The position numbers and the translations under genes are program-made. A stretch of DNA of 64,000 bases, from contig SUXO01000003.1 of the NCBI GenBank assembly GCA_015060885.1, positions 25,592 to 89,591 of the forward strand. The letters run 5' to 3'. Shown one piece after another: positions 48,621-59,882 of this stretch. Positions within the stretch are counted from its first letter, which is position 1. Every line of letters begins with the position of its first letter. The notes beneath the pieces are model-generated. The model saw nothing but the letters and a program-made list of their open reading frames with translations. It did no database searches and was not told where the DNA came from. The stretch is from Bacteroidales bacterium. Its GTDB lineage: Bacteria; Bacteroidota; Bacteroidia; Bacteroidales; Bacteroidaceae.

Positions 48621-48730
48621 GTGTTCAGAACACGTTTTTAGTTTTGAAATATCAGTTATGATAGTATAGTTTTTTCTTAGTTGTTTAGTAAATGTTGGAA
48701 GTGCTGCTTTGTGAAAAGCGGCACTTTTTT
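48621..48730 (+). ncRNA. Candidate small RNA (orphan promoter to intrinsic terminator)
   Basis: It has a -33 TTTG (48586-48589), 19-nt spacing, and a -7 TATCTTCG (48609-48616). The terminator agtgctgcttt-gtg-aaagcggcact plus T6 is at 48700-48730. The longest ORF inside is 18 codons. Confidence 0.3.
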
Positions 48731-48789
48731 GTTTCTCGGTTTTTTAAAAGAAGGGCAAGGTGGACAAAAGAGGGTTCAGTAGAAATCAC

Positions 48790-49670
48790 GGCTCACCTGC
48801 AAAAGTTGGGGGAATAAAACTTTCTCACTGCTAAATCCTCGGTGGTCCGTGAGCAATTCTTACTATCATTGAATTCCTTTATTTACTTTTTGTCGCTCAA
48901 AAAGTAACAAAAACGCCCGGCACGCGGGGCGTTCAAGTCGCTCCTGTCTCTGCTCGTGAATTGCTTAAAGCAATATAACTCGTTCGCCACTCGCTTGTCG
49001 CTGCAAGCCTTTCTGCCGTTTGCAGGGTGCTGCGTAACTCGCTCCGTGCGGCTATATAAGATAAATTATACCCGCACTGCGCTCAGACAGTACTCGCACA
49101 ATGGCCTGCCCCCGGCAGGGCTCTCCGCTGTCTCTCTTACGGTGCCGGTTTCTTTTTCTGGATTACTTCTGCTTACTGTACACCGCAAAGGTAATTCGTC
49201 GCTGAAAGCGAAAATAACGATTAAGTGAGAGTAGAAGGCAAATTTATTTGCATTATGCCGAGCGTGAGTTATTTCGTTATACAAAGGGCAGCGTGGCGCG
49301 ACACAGGGAGCTACCGAGCAATGCGCAGGAAAAGCGTGGTACATGTTTGAGCGTAGCGAGTCGTGCCACGCCCAAGCATTGCGACCAGTAGTGAGCGGCA
49401 AGGCACGTAGCGACCGAAGAATGTCGCAAGCATAGCAGCGACTTGTGAGCAAAGCAAGTGCCGAAAGTTTGTACAAACGAGCGGGTGAAAGCTTGCTTAC
49501 ACACAAAGCGAGTGCAGCCGAGCTTGGATTTATCAATGGCAAGTACGACTGCCCACATTTTTGTGCACTTTTTTCAAAAAGTGCAGCAGAAATCCTCTCT
49601 TAATTGAGAGAATAGCCGATAATAACACCGAAAAGTTTTGAGTAAGCCCCCTAGAATTTGCAGGTGAGCC
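48790..49670. repeat. Mosaic non-coding element C (MITE-like, with terminal inverted repeats GGCTCACCTGCAAA)
   Basis: The TIRs are at 48790-48805 and 49656-49670. It is the reverse complement of D apart from two roughly 70-nt insertions (about 49211-49282 and about 49462-49535). Confidence 0.85.
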
Positions 49671-49674
49671 TTGT

Positions 49675-51024
49675 TTAGCGTTGGATGTACCGTCGCCCGA
49701 ATTGCATCATTATAATGATGGTGGTGATTATCTCGGCCATAGGCATAGCAAGCCATATTCCTTCGGTTCCTGCCAGTGCGGGTAACAGAATGAAACAGGG
49801 AACCAGTAATACAAAACCGCGGAGAAAGACAAATATTGTAGCACGTTTTATCTGTTCAACGCTTTGGTAGTAACCCACGACGGCTACGTTGATGATGAAA
49901 AATATTATACCCGTGGCAAGGTAAGGAAAGCCCTCTATGGCAAGTTGCCCGGCTTTGCTTGTGGTGTCCACGAAGAGGGCGACCAGCCAGTGTGGAATGA
50001 GAGCAAAGAGGGCTGTTACAACCGCACCGATTGCAAAAGATGTGATGAGCAACAGCCTGCGGGTATCCCTTATTTCCTTCCAACGTGAAATTCCGTAGTT
50101 GTAGCTTATGATTGGTTGGGCCGACTGTACCACGGCATTGCCGAACATAAAAAAGAACGGGGTGTAGTAGCAGGCAATGCCGAATGCGCCCACGCCGGCA
50201 TCGCCCAGATATTTCATAAAGGTGTGGTTGCCGATAAAGAACAGGGTGGCAAGCGTCATTTCGCCCAGCAGTGTCGATGAACCCACCTTGCATTGGTAGC
50301 CAATGTTGCGCATTGCAAGCATTATACTCTTGCGGCTTATTTTGAGTGGAATAACCTTTAATGTTTCGGCGAAGAAGAGCAGGTACAGCAGTGCCATAAT
50401 ACCGCCCACAATAATGCTGAACGAGGTTGCTATTGCTGCTCCCTCGACTCCCATACCGAGTGGGAATATGAAGAGCCAGTCGAGCACTGCATTCAGGGTG
50501 GTGGGGATAATGTTGCACCACATGGCATAGCGTGGTGACCCGTCGGAGCGTATTATGAAGAGCCCTATCATACCCCACATCTGAAATACGAACGATGGCA
50601 TAATCCACCACGTGTAGGCTGTTACCTGCGGCATAAGCGTGTCCGATGCGCCCAGCAGTCTTGCCGTTTGAGTGGGGAATGCAAGAATAATGGTGCTTAT
50701 AATTAATGTCAGCAGCGAAGATAGCCATATTGCCTGCGATATGTTTATACGTGCTGTTTTTATCTCTTTTCTTGAAAGGTGAATTGATGATACTACCGAG
50801 CATCCAACGCCTATCATCAGGCCCAGGCCCGACATTATCTGGTATATCGGTACAAAGATATTTATTGCCGCTACACCGTCGGCACCAACTCCGTGGCCAA
50901 CGAATATTCCGTCGATGGCTGTTACTGCACATATGGATATTGTGCCCCACAATGTGGGAATAAGCAGTTTCCTGAATAGCGAGGAAATTTTTTCGTTCTC
51001 AAAGTCTATGGCATCTCTTTTCAT
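49675..51024 (-). CDS. MATE family efflux transporter
   Basis: It has 12 TM segments, the N-terminal pattern LLIPTLWGTISICAVTAIDGIFVGHGVG, and is 449 aa long. Confidence 0.85.
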   Translation of the reverse strand: MKRDAIDFENEKISSLFRKLLIPTLWGTISICAVTAIDGIFVGHGVGADGVAAINIFVPIYQIMSGLGLMIGVGCSVVSSIHLSRKEIKTARINISQAIWLSSLLTLIISTIILAFPTQTARLLGASDTLMPQVTAYTWWIMPSFVFQMWGMIGLFIIRSDGSPRYAMWCNIIPTTLNAVLDWLFIFPLGMGVEGAAIATSFSIIVGGIMALLYLLFFAETLKVIPLKISRKSIMLAMRNIGYQCKVGSSTLLGEMTLATLFFIGNHTFMKYLGDAGVGAFGIACYYTPFFFMFGNAVVQSAQPIISYNYGISRWKEIRDTRRLLLITSFAIGAVVTALFALIPHWLVALFVDTTSKAGQLAIEGFPYLATGIIFFIINVAVVGYYQSVEQIKRATIFVFLRGFVLLVPCFILLPALAGTEGIWLAMPMAEIITTIIIMMQFGRRYIQR

Positions 51025-51175
51025 TACAGTCGTTTTGCTTTATTGGAAAGGATAGAGTGGTGTTGGAATTACAAAACAAAACACTCCCTGAAATAGAGAG
51101 TGATATTGTTTTGTAAATAGTGTGAATTTGTGGTATTTACTTTTGTATATACAAATGTAAATGTAAAATAATTTC

Positions 51176-51853
51176 TTATTTATCCAAGAGGTCGGGGCGT
51201 AAGCGCTTTGTGCGTTCCAATGACTGCTCAAATTCCCATTGGCGTATCTTGGCTTCGTGCCCGGAAAGCAGAACATCGGGTACTTTCCATCCATTGTACT
51301 CGGCCGGACGTGTGTATACGGGTGGAGCGAGCAAATTGTCCTGAAAAGAGTCGGAAAGAGCCGATGTTTCGTCGGAAATAACCCCCGGAATTAGGCGAAT
51401 GACCGCATCGCAAATTACCTCGACCGCCAATTCGCCACCCGTTAAAACGTAGTCGCCTATGCTTATCTCCTTTGTAATCAAGTGCTCGCGTATTCTGTGG
51501 TCAATTCCCTTGTAATGTCCGCACAAAAATATCAAATTCTGCTTCATTGAGAGGGAATTTGCCATTGGCTGGTCGAAAACCTGCCCGTCGGGGGAGGTGT
51601 AAATCACCTCATCGTATTCCCGTTGTGCCTTCAATTGCTTTATACAGTTGTCAATCGGTTCAATCTTCATAACAAGGCCGGCGCAACCGCCAAATGGGTA
51701 ATCGTCGGTGCGGCGATGCTTATCGGTTGTATAATCCCGTAAATTATGTAAACAAATTTCGGCATATCCGTTACGTTGCGCACGTCCCATTATTGAGGTG
51801 TTGAAGAAACTTTCCATCATCTCCGGAAAGGTTGTAATTATATCTACACGCAT
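51176..51853 (-). CDS. trmD: tRNA (guanine37-N1)-methyltransferase
   Basis: [13 protein letters not shown]...[14 protein letters not shown]...[10 protein letters not shown]...[10 protein letters not shown]. Confidence 0.95.
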   Translation of the reverse strand: MRVDIITTFPEMMESFFNTSIMGRAQRNGYAEICLHNLRDYTTDKHRRTDDYPFGGCAGLVMKIEPIDNCIKQLKAQREYDEVIYTSPDGQVFDQPMANSLSMKQNLIFLCGHYKGIDHRIREHLITKEISIGDYVLTGGELAVEVICDAVIRLIPGVISDETSALSDSFQDNLLAPPVYTRPAEYNGWKVPDVLLSGHEAKIRQWEFEQSLERTKRLRPDLLDK

Positions 51854-52025
51854 ATAAATTTATAAATGTAAATTAGTTTTCTTGTGTAAAATGGTGCAAA
51901 TTGCTATGATGAGTGTGGCTGATGCCTTCTTCAATTTACAATCGCAAAAATAAGATATTTTTTTCTAATTACCATAAATCTGCTGCCGATGCCTGCACTT
52001 TGTGTCAATTCCGAAACTTTGATAT

Positions 52026-52460
52026 TTGATGCCGATATTAACTTTGGTGCAAAAAATGAAAATCTCAAGAGGTTTACGTAACAACAATCCTTTGAATATT
52101 CGTCGTAACAATACGAGGTGGAAAGGGTTGTCGGCCGAACAGAAGGATTCGGCATTCTTTACATTTGTGGCTCCGTGTTGGGGGTACCGTGCTGCGTTCA
52201 TTACGTTGAGAAACTACAAACGGCTGCATGGCCTTACAACGCTCGCCGGGTGGGTGAACCGTTGGGCTCCGCCCACGGAGAACAATACAGCAGCTTACAC
52301 GGCCTATGTGGCGAGGAAATGCGGAATATCGCAAAGTGATGAAATTGACACGGCCGACAAGGGTATGATGTGCCGTGTGGTGGCAGCAATGTCGCAGATG
52401 GAGAATGGAGTGCCGGCTGTCATGAATGATGTTGAAGAGGGGTGGGCTCTCTCCCTTTAA
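52026..52460 (+). CDS. Small conserved protein with an NNPLNIR motif (annotated in some genomes as 'structural protein P5'-like; function uncertain)
   Basis: The sequence includes RNNNPLNIRRNNTRWKGL...WGYRAAFITLRNY. The start is more likely MKISRG at 52056. Confidence 0.5.
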   Translation: MMPILTLVQKMKISRGLRNNNPLNIRRNNTRWKGLSAEQKDSAFFTFVAPCWGYRAAFITLRNYKRLHGLTTLAGWVNRWAPPTENNTAAYTAYVARKCGISQSDEIDTADKGMMCRVVAAMSQMENGVPAVMNDVEEGWALSL

Positions 52461-52652
52461 GAAATAAGGGCCGTTATTTGCCACTTAAAACCGCGTTTAA
52501 GAGCTTTTTGCTTAAAAACGCGGTTTAATGCGTTTTCAGGGCTTAATAAATTTTAAAAATTTTGCGGGTTTCGCTAAAATTAAGTACCTTTACAAGGTTA
52601 TTAAATATAATAAGGTATAAAGATATATAATTTTAATTGATAAACACATTTT

Positions 52653-55160
52653 ATGATTGACAACGACAGAATTATAAAAGTAAATGTCGAGGATGTAATG
52701 CACTCCTCGTACATAAATTACTCTATGTCGGTAATTGTGGCACGTGCGCTTCCCGATGTGCGTGATGGATTGAAACCGGTTCACCGTCGTATCCTTTACG
52801 GTATGATGGAGGGTGGTTACACATCGGACAAGGGATACAAGAAGTCGGCAAAGACGGTGGGTGACGTGCTTGGTAAGTATCACCCTCATGGTGACTCGTC
52901 GGTTTATGGCGCATTGGTGCGTATGGCACAGCCCTGGGTTATGCGATACCCGCTCATCGACGGTCACGGAAACTTCGGTTCGATTGACGGCGACTCGCCT
53001 GCTGCTATGCGTTACACCGAGGCGCGTTTGGAGAAACTCGGTGAGGATATGGCACAGGACCTCTACAAAGAGACCGTCGACTTCAAGCCAAACTACGACA
53101 ATGAGGAGGTGGAGCCCGTTGTGATGCCCACCCGCATTCCCAATCTTCTTGTGAATGGTGCGACAGGTATTGCCGTGGGTATGGCAACCAACATTCCCAC
53201 CCACAACCTCAGCGAGGTTATAGATGCCTGTGTGGCATTTATCGACAACCCCGATATTGACACCGATGGCCTGATGCAGCATGTGAAGGCACCCGATTTC
53301 CCTACGGGTTGCGACATCCTGGGCGTATCGGGCGTGCGTGAGGCCTATGAAACAGGTCGTGGCCGTGTCATTATGCGTGCCGTTGCCGAAATTGAGCAGG
53401 GTACACACGAGAAAATCATCGTTACAGCAATCCCTTATAACGTACTCAAAGAGGAACTTATAAAGGATATTGCTTCAATGGTGAACGAGAAGAAAATTGA
53501 GGGAATTTCGAATATCAATGACGAGTCGGACCAGTCGGGTATGCGCATTGTTATCGACGTGAAACGCGATGCCAATGCCAATGTCGTGCTTAACAAACTC
53601 TACAAGATGTCGGCTTTGCAGACATCGTTCAGCGTGAACTGCATTGCCCTTGTCAACGGCCGTCCCCAGCTCCTTTCGTTGAAAGACTGTATAAGAAACT
53701 TTGTGGAGCACCGTCACGAGGTCGTGATACGCCGCACAAAGTTCGACCTTCGCAAAGCACAGGAGCGTGCCCACATCATAGAAGGCCTTATCATAGCGTC
53801 GGACAATATCGACGAGGTTGTGCGCATCATCAAGGCTGCAAGCTCACCTGCCGATGCACGCCAGGCACTTATCGCACGTTTCAATTTGAGCGAAGTACAG
53901 GCAAATGCCATTGTCGAGATGCGTCTTGGCCAGTTGACCGGTATCAACCAGGATAAACTGCATGCCGAGTTCGACGAATTGCAGCGCAAGATTGAATTCT
54001 ATACAGCAATTCTTACCGACGATGAACTCTGCAAAAAGGTCATCAAAGATGAACTCATTGAGATTAAGGAGAAGTATGGCGATGAGCGTCGTTGCCGCAT
54101 AGACTATTCGGCTTCGAACGACTTTAACCCCGAAGACTTCTATGCCGATGACGAAATGGTAATCACCATCTCGCATATGGGTTACATTAAGCGTACTCCT
54201 CTTACCGAATACCACAGCCAGAACCGTGGAGGCGTGGGCTCAAAGGGTAGCGACACGCGTGATTCCGACTTCATTGAGTATATCTACACCGCCACAATGC
54301 ACAACACAATGCTCTTCTTTACACAGCGAGGCAAGTGCTACTGGCTCAAAGTGTACGAGATACCCGAGGGCAACAAGAACTCGAAGGGCCGTGCAATACA
54401 GAATATGCTCAACATCGAGAGCGACGATGCCGTAAACGCATTTGTACGTGTGAAGACACTCGCCGACAAGAACTTCATTGAGAGTCACAACATAATATTC
54501 TGTACCAAGCAGGGTATCATAAAGAAGACCTCGCTTGAACAGTATTCCCGCCCCCGCACCAATGGTATCATTGCCATAAGCATACGTGAGGATGACCGTG
54601 TGATTTCTGTTGCTCTCACCGACGGCAACAGCGACATAATCCTTGCCAACAGAACCGGCCGTGCCGTACGTTTCCCCGAAAGTGCAGTGCGTGCAATGGG
54701 CCGTACGGCAACAGGTGTCAAGGGTATGGCACTCGACGAGAACGACGAGGTTGTAGGAATGGTTGTACTTCCCCAGGAGGCCGATGCCGACCATAGCATC
54801 CTGGTACTTTCGGAGCAGGGCTTCGGCAAACGTTCCAAGACCGAGGATTATCCCACTGTGAGCCGCGGCTGCAAGGGTGTTAAGACCTTGAAGGTAACCG
54901 AAAAGACCGGTGAACTCGTAGCCATAATGGATGTAAACAACGATAACGACCTTATGATAATCAACAAGTCGGGTATTACCATACGTACCGCAGTGGAGCA
55001 GATTCCCGTAATAGGTCGTGCGACACAGGGCGTTAAGGTTATCAACCTCGGCAAGAAGAACGATTGCATAGGTTCTGTATGCAAGGTAAACCGTGAGGAG
55101 GTTGAAGAGATGCCCGAAACAGGTGAAGTGACTGAAATAACAGAGAATACCGAAATTTAA
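52653..55160 (+). CDS. gyrA: DNA gyrase subunit A
   Basis: It has [20 protein letters not shown], the active-site [10 protein letters not shown], and a C-terminal beta-pinwheel. It is 835 aa long. Confidence 0.97.
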   Translation: MIDNDRIIKVNVEDVMHSSYINYSMSVIVARALPDVRDGLKPVHRRILYGMMEGGYTSDKGYKKSAKTVGDVLGKYHPHGDSSVYGALVRMAQPWVMRYPLIDGHGNFGSIDGDSPAAMRYTEARLEKLGEDMAQDLYKETVDFKPNYDNEEVEPVVMPTRIPNLLVNGATGIAVGMATNIPTHNLSEVIDACVAFIDNPDIDTDGLMQHVKAPDFPTGCDILGVSGVREAYETGRGRVIMRAVAEIEQGTHEKIIVTAIPYNVLKEELIKDIASMVNEKKIEGISNINDESDQSGMRIVIDVKRDANANVVLNKLYKMSALQTSFSVNCIALVNGRPQLLSLKDCIRNFVEHRHEVVIRRTKFDLRKAQERAHIIEGLIIASDNIDEVVRIIKAASSPADARQALIARFNLSEVQANAIVEMRLGQLTGINQDKLHAEFDELQRKIEFYTAILTDDELCKKVIKDELIEIKEKYGDERRCRIDYSASNDFNPEDFYADDEMVITISHMGYIKRTPLTEYHSQNRGGVGSKGSDTRDSDFIEYIYTATMHNTMLFFTQRGKCYWLKVYEIPEGNKNSKGRAIQNMLNIESDDAVNAFVRVKTLADKNFIESHNIIFCTKQGIIKKTSLEQYSRPRTNGIIAISIREDDRVISVALTDGNSDIILANRTGRAVRFPESAVRAMGRTATGVKGMALDENDEVVGMVVLPQEADADHSILVLSEQGFGKRSKTEDYPTVSRGCKGVKTLKVTEKTGELVAIMDVNNDNDLMIINKSGITIRTAVEQIPVIGRATQGVKVINLGKKNDCIGSVCKVNREEVEEMPETGEVTEITENTEI

Positions 55161-55185
55161 TGACTAACCGATAAAATTTGAAAAC

Positions 55186-56445
55186 ATGAAGAAAATTGCA
55201 TTATCAATGGCATTGATTCTGTCCGCAACAATCGCGTTCGGTCAGGCTTTGTCAAAAGACGAAATCAAGGCACAGAAAAGACAGGCAAAGGCTCTTATGG
55301 TTGTGGCCAAGGATGCCGAAAAGTTGATAACAGAGAATCCCGCAGCCGCTCTCGACAATGTGAAGGCTTGTATAGAAAGCCCGCTGGTGAACAATGATCC
55401 TTATGTGTGGTTCATTGCAGCAAAATCGCGCAAGGCAATCGTTGAGAAGGAGAACGCAGCCCGTGCTGCCGGTGCGCAAATAGATATGGATAAATTTTAT
55501 AGCAATTGCAGCCGTTTGATTTTCGAACTTGAAAAGTGCGACTCACTCGACAATGCACCCGATGCAAAAGGCAAGGTTGCTCCCAAGTATGCCGAATTCA
55601 TCAAAGAGGGACTTTATGAGAACCGCAACCAGATGTACAATGGTGGCTCATTCTACTACAACAAAGGTAATTATGCCGAGTCCTATAACCAGTTTGCAAA
55701 GTTCGTTACCCTCACAGATCACCATCTTCTCAAAGATGCCATAACACCCGCCGAAAAGGTATATAACGTGAATGCTGCATATAACGCAGTTCTTTGCGGA
55801 ATGCGTCTTGAAGATTATGCAAAGGTGTTGGAGTTTGCCGATATTGCACTTGCCGACGAGTCGAAAGCCGGTAACATCTACCGTTACAAGGCATCGGCAT
55901 ACGAGGCTTTGGGCGATACAGTGAAATGGGTTGAACTGTTGAAGGATGGTGTTGTGAAATTCCCTGAGGACCCCTTCTTCTACCAGACACTTATCCAGCA
56001 CTATGACAAAGCCGGCGACAGCAGCCAGCTCGACAAACTTGCCGATGAGCTCATAGCATCGAACCCTGCCAATCCTCTCTTCGTATATCTTAAAGGATAC
56101 ATTGCGCAGCAGAAAAACGATATGGATACTGCAATGGAGTGGTACAAGAAGACTTTGGAGATTGACCCCTCTTACGTGAATGCTCTCCGTAACGTTGCTT
56201 TGAGCTATGTTGCCAAGGCGCAGGAGTACAGCACAAAACAATCGAGCGTAAAACTCGACCGTGCACAGATAAAGAAGGACAAAGAGGTTATCAGCGGTTA
56301 TTTTAAAGAGGCTTTGCCTTATTTCGAGAAGCTGCGTGAACTTGTTCCCGAGAAAAAAGATTTGTGGTTGAACGGTATTTCGCAATGCTATTACAACCTG
56401 AATATGCAGGACAAACTCAAAGAGATTGAGAGCTTGGCTCAGTAA
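55186..56445 (+). CDS. TPR-repeat secreted protein
   Basis: It has the signal peptide MKKIALSMALILSATIAFGQ and TPR-like helical repeats (AMEWYKKTLEIDPSYVNALRNVA). Confidence 0.75.
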   Translation: MKKIALSMALILSATIAFGQALSKDEIKAQKRQAKALMVVAKDAEKLITENPAAALDNVKACIESPLVNNDPYVWFIAAKSRKAIVEKENAARAAGAQIDMDKFYSNCSRLIFELEKCDSLDNAPDAKGKVAPKYAEFIKEGLYENRNQMYNGGSFYYNKGNYAESYNQFAKFVTLTDHHLLKDAITPAEKVYNVNAAYNAVLCGMRLEDYAKVLEFADIALADESKAGNIYRYKASAYEALGDTVKWVELLKDGVVKFPEDPFFYQTLIQHYDKAGDSSQLDKLADELIASNPANPLFVYLKGYIAQQKNDMDTAMEWYKKTLEIDPSYVNALRNVALSYVAKAQEYSTKQSSVKLDRAQIKKDKEVISGYFKEALPYFEKLRELVPEKKDLWLNGISQCYYNLNMQDKLKEIESLAQ

Positions 56446-56462
56446 TGAGTTTTTTGCAGACA

Positions 56463-56503
56463 AAATAAAAGGTTCCACCGTTAAAGTGGAACCTTTTATT
56501 TTG
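56463..56503 (+). terminator. Intrinsic terminator
   Basis: aaaaggttccac-cgttaaa-gtggaacctttt followed by a T-rich run. Confidence 0.8.
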
Positions 56504-56513
56504 TCATTATTTG

Positions 56514-57255
56514 GGCTCACTTGCAAATTCTAGGGGGCTTACTCAAAACTTTTCGGTGTTATTATCGGCTATTCTCTCAATTAAGATAGGATTTCTGCTG
56601 CACTTTTTGAAAAAAGTGCACAAAAATGTGGGCAGTCGTACTTGCCAGTCGGCACTTGCTTTGCTCACAAGTCGCTGCTATGCTTGCGACATTCTTCGGT
56701 CGCTACGTGCCTTGCCGCTCACTACTGGTCGCAATGCTTGGGCGTGGCACGACTCGCTACGCTCAAACATGTACCACGCTTTTTCCTGCGCATTGCTCGG
56801 TAGTTCCCTGTGTCGCGCCACGCTGCCCTTTCGCTTTCAGCGACGAATTACCTTCGTGTTGTACAGCGCAAGCAGAAGTAATTCAGAAAAAGAAACCGGC
56901 ACCGTAAGAGAGACAGCGGAGAGCCCTGCCGGGGGCAGGCCATTGTGCGAGTACTGTCTGAGCGCAGTGCGGGTATAATTTATCTTATATAGCCGCACGA
57001 AGCGAGTTACGCAGCACCCTGCAAACGGCAGAAAGGCTTGCAGCGACAAGCGAGTGTCGAACGAGTTATATTGCTTTAAAGCAATTCACGAGCAGAGACA
57101 GGAGTGACTTGAACGCCCCGTGTGCCGGGCGTTTTTGTTACTTTTTGAGCGACAAAAAGTAAATAAAGGAATTCAATGATAGAAAGAATTGCTCACGGGC
57201 CACCGAGGATTTAGCAGTGTGAAAGTTTTATTCCCCCGACTTTTGCAGGTGAGCC
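56514..57255. repeat. Mosaic non-coding element D (inverted copy of C)
   Basis: The TIRs are ggctcacttgcaaa (56514-) and tttgcaggtgagcc (-57255). It aligns end to end with the reverse complement of C. Confidence 0.85.
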
Positions 57256-57310
57256 AATTATTGGGGTTTGCTCATAATTTCTCGGTATTATTTTCAGATA
57301 TTCTCTCATT

Positions 57311-57389
57311 GTAGGGGCTCACCGGTGTGTGCGCCCAGCCATTGAGTGGTGTTTTCATTTGGGCAGACGATGCGTCTGCCTCTTACGGC
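57311..57389 (-). repeat. REP doublet (REPIN-like), opposite orientation to 32821-32900
   Basis: GTAG-gggctcac-cggtgt-gtgcgccc ...24 nt... gggcagac-gatgc-gtctgcc-tCTTACggc. Confidence 0.65.
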
Positions 57390-57412
57390 AAAGCAATTGT
57401 TTACCTGTTTTT

Positions 57413-57985
57413 TCAGTTCAATTGTTGCAGAATCTCGTCTATTACGTGAGGAAAGTGTTCATATTCCAATGCGTGTACTTTTGCAGCAACATCATCGGGG
57501 GTGTCGGTGGGCAAAACAGGACATTTTGCCTGGAAGAATGTTGTGCCTTTGTCGTAGTCGGCATCTATAAGGTGTATTGTGATGCCGCTCTCGCTGTCGC
57601 CGCTTTCAACCACGGCGCGATGCACGCGGTCGCCATACATTCCTTTGCCTCCGTGTTTGGGCAACAAGGCGGGGTGAATGTTTACAATGCGGGCAGGGTA
57701 GGCGTTGATTAGTTTTTCGGGAACAAGCAAAAGGAAGCCTGCAAGCACAATAAGGTCTATTTGGTATTCCTTCATCATATCGAGAATGGTGTCGGCAGCC
57801 ATAAATTCGGCTTTGGTTACCACTTTACAGGGGATATTCAGTCTTTTTGCGCGTTCAATAACATATGCTTGGGGGTTGTTTGCTACAATAAGCGATATTT
57901 CCACGTTATCATTCCCTTTGAAATAGTTGGCAATGTTTTCGGCATTGGAGCCGCTGCCCGAAGCAAAAATAGCAATTCTTTTCAT
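57413..57985 (-). CDS. purN: Phosphoribosylglycinamide formyltransferase
   Basis: MKRIAIFASGSGSNAENI, NIHPALLPKHGG and a length of 190 aa. Confidence 0.9.
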   Translation of the reverse strand: MKRIAIFASGSGSNAENIANYFKGNDNVEISLIVANNPQAYVIERAKRLNIPCKVVTKAEFMAADTILDMMKEYQIDLIVLAGFLLLVPEKLINAYPARIVNIHPALLPKHGGKGMYGDRVHRAVVESGDSESGITIHLIDADYDKGTTFFQAKCPVLPTDTPDDVAAKVHALEYEHFPHVIDEILQQLN

Positions 57986-57997
57986 TGTCGTTTGTGT

Positions 57998-58873
57998 TTA
58001 GGATATTGGAACCAGGCGGCGCAGTACTTGCTCGCCATAGGTCTTTGAGATGGGAATCTCTCTCACATTGGGAACGCCGAGTTCCAGGAAAAGGTTCTCC
58101 TTTTCGCGGCGCATAATCTTTACAAGGTCGAGGTTTACCATATAAGAACGGTGGCAACGCACTATGTTGGTATCGGCAAGCTGCTCGCTTATATCCTTCA
58201 TTGTTATGCGTATAAGCTGTTTTTTAAGCTGTTCGTTTTTCAGATACCATATACATATATAGTTGTCGGCCGACTCAATGTATATAAGATTCTCCTTTGC
58301 CACAGATAGCTGCAACACTCCGCGCGAGTCGCGTATGGATATAAGCGTGCTCGACTTGAAACCGATGTTCTCGCCCATAAGCTCCTTTAACTTGGCCGAG
58401 CGTTCCTGATAGGAAAAGAAGAGGATGCAAAGCAGGTAGGGGATGAAAAGGATGAACAGCGTGTTTTGAAGCGCATTTTGGTATATCTCCACAGGGTCCT
58501 GTATGGGGCCTGTTCCGGTGAGTATTGCCAGCAGGGTAAAGGCACCCGAAAGGAGCAACAGTTCCACAAATACCCATATTGCGTATTGCAGGTTGTTGAT
58601 CGTTGTTCCTGGCTTGCGGGAGTATGCGTACATTATCAGACGGCTTATCGCAACCACAAACATACCAATGGTGACCAATATCGTGGACCAGGCAAGATAG
58701 AGCGATGGTGACATTCCCTTATGTACCCAGTTTATGGAGCCGAAGGGTTTGAATATATTTATGAACCCGATGGCAAATATGGAAACAAAAAGCACCATTA
58801 TAATCTGCTTTCTCTTTTCAAGCAGATATCCCGGCACTTTCTTGAAGAATACTGATGTATATTCGGTTGTCAT
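57998..58873 (-). CDS. Membrane protein with a C-terminal LytTR DNA-binding domain
   Basis: It has 4 TM helices, then LIYIESADNYICIWY...IVRCHRSYMVNLDLV. Confidence 0.8.
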   Translation of the reverse strand: MTTEYTSVFFKKVPGYLLEKRKQIIMVLFVSIFAIGFINIFKPFGSINWVHKGMSPSLYLAWSTILVTIGMFVVAISRLIMYAYSRKPGTTINNLQYAIWVFVELLLLSGAFTLLAILTGTGPIQDPVEIYQNALQNTLFILFIPYLLCILFFSYQERSAKLKELMGENIGFKSSTLISIRDSRGVLQLSVAKENLIYIESADNYICIWYLKNEQLKKQLIRITMKDISEQLADTNIVRCHRSYMVNLDLVKIMRREKENLFLELGVPNVREIPISKTYGEQVLRRLVPIS

Positions 58874-58896
58874 CTCACATATATGTTTTCGCTATG

Positions 58897-58904
58897 CGAA
58901 GATA
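58897..58904 (-). promoter_or_regulatory. -7 box TATCTTCG
   Basis: 24 nt upstream of the ATG at 58873. Confidence 0.5.
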
Positions 58905-59147
58905 TGAAAAAAATGTCACATAAATTATTTATTTAAGTTAAACTTAAAGAAGAGTGGCATAAGATACTTCTTCAACGCCGGGCATTATGGCACCATTATG
59001 GTGTAATGAGAGAAAAATGAGGTGTGATACCTATTTTTAAACATTGTAATTCTGTAAATTTCGAAAAAACTGATTATTTTTGTACGATAATGCGTTCTTG
59101 TGTCCATTTGGCTGACAGGAATGGCACAATGTACCCAAATTGATATT

Positions 59148-59870
59148 ATGGCTATTGTAAAATACAAGAATGTCGACATACACATCGACTCGAAGATAAT
59201 TTTGGAAAACGTGAGTTTCACGCTCGAAGAGGGGGAGTTTGCCTATATCATAGGTGCGGTAGGTTCGGGAAAATCGACTCTGCTCAAAACCATATATGGC
59301 GAGGTGCCCATTACCGACGGTGAAGCTATGGTTTTCGATGAATATGACATTACTAGACTGCGCAGCAAGAAATTACAGGCTTTGCGCAAGCGTATAGGTA
59401 TTGTTTTCCAGGATTTCCAGTTGCTTACCGACCGGAATATTCACGATAACCTCGATTTTGTGCTTCGTTGCACCGGTTGGAAGAGTGAACGCGACCGTGA
59501 AAAGCGCATACGTGAAGTGCTCAACCTTGTAGGGCTTCCTCAAAAGGGATACAAGATGCCTCACGAACTGTCGGGCGGCGAACAACAGCGCATAGTGATT
59601 GCCCGTGCAATTCTCAACAAGCCCCAGCTTATTCTGGCCGACGAACCTACCGGCAACCTCGACAGTGAAACCGGTAACAACATAATGCGCCTTCTGCACC
59701 GTATATGCCGCGAAGATAAGAGTGCAGTGCTTATGATAACCCACAACGAACAATGGCTCACAGCATATCCGGGCACAGAATATCACTGTGCCGAGGGCAA
59801 AATGCGACTAATACAACGTGCGTGCGAAAGCACAGCGCAACAGACATCCCTGTTTAATGAAGATAATTAA
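59148..59870 (+). CDS. ftsE: FtsE-like ABC ATP-binding protein
   Basis: It has Walker [10 protein letters not shown], the signature LSGGEQQR and Walker [13 protein letters not shown] place the start at MAIVKYKNV rather than the track start at 59100. Confidence 0.8.
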   Translation: MAIVKYKNVDIHIDSKIILENVSFTLEEGEFAYIIGAVGSGKSTLLKTIYGEVPITDGEAMVFDEYDITRLRSKKLQALRKRIGIVFQDFQLLTDRNIHDNLDFVLRCTGWKSERDREKRIREVLNLVGLPQKGYKMPHELSGGEQQRIVIARAILNKPQLILADEPTGNLDSETGNNIMRLLHRICREDKSAVLMITHNEQWLTAYPGTEYHCAEGKMRLIQRACESTAQQTSLFNEDN

Positions 59871-59882
59871 AGAAAAGAGAAT

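Noticed and set aside
49066-49542. ORFs of 150-185 aa inside the mosaic repeats (49066..49542, 56511..56978, 11172..11705, 11716..12273).
   Set aside because: The reading frames are not preserved between copies, because roughly 70-nt indels and module swaps break them. The composition is Cys/Arg/Leu/Ala-rich with no motifs. They also span module junctions. I treat the elements as non-coding.
48790-49670. The mosaic elements as ORF-less group II introns or a known large ncRNA (GOLLD, ROOL or HEARO type).
   Set aside because: Many GNRA-like loops are present. However, I find no GUGYG...AY boundaries, no domain V-like 34-nt hairpin and no maturase or IscB/TnpB ORF. The elements have terminal inverted repeats and nested insertions, which fits MITE- or BOX-like DNA repeats better. 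Without a covariance search this stays unresolved rather than excluded.
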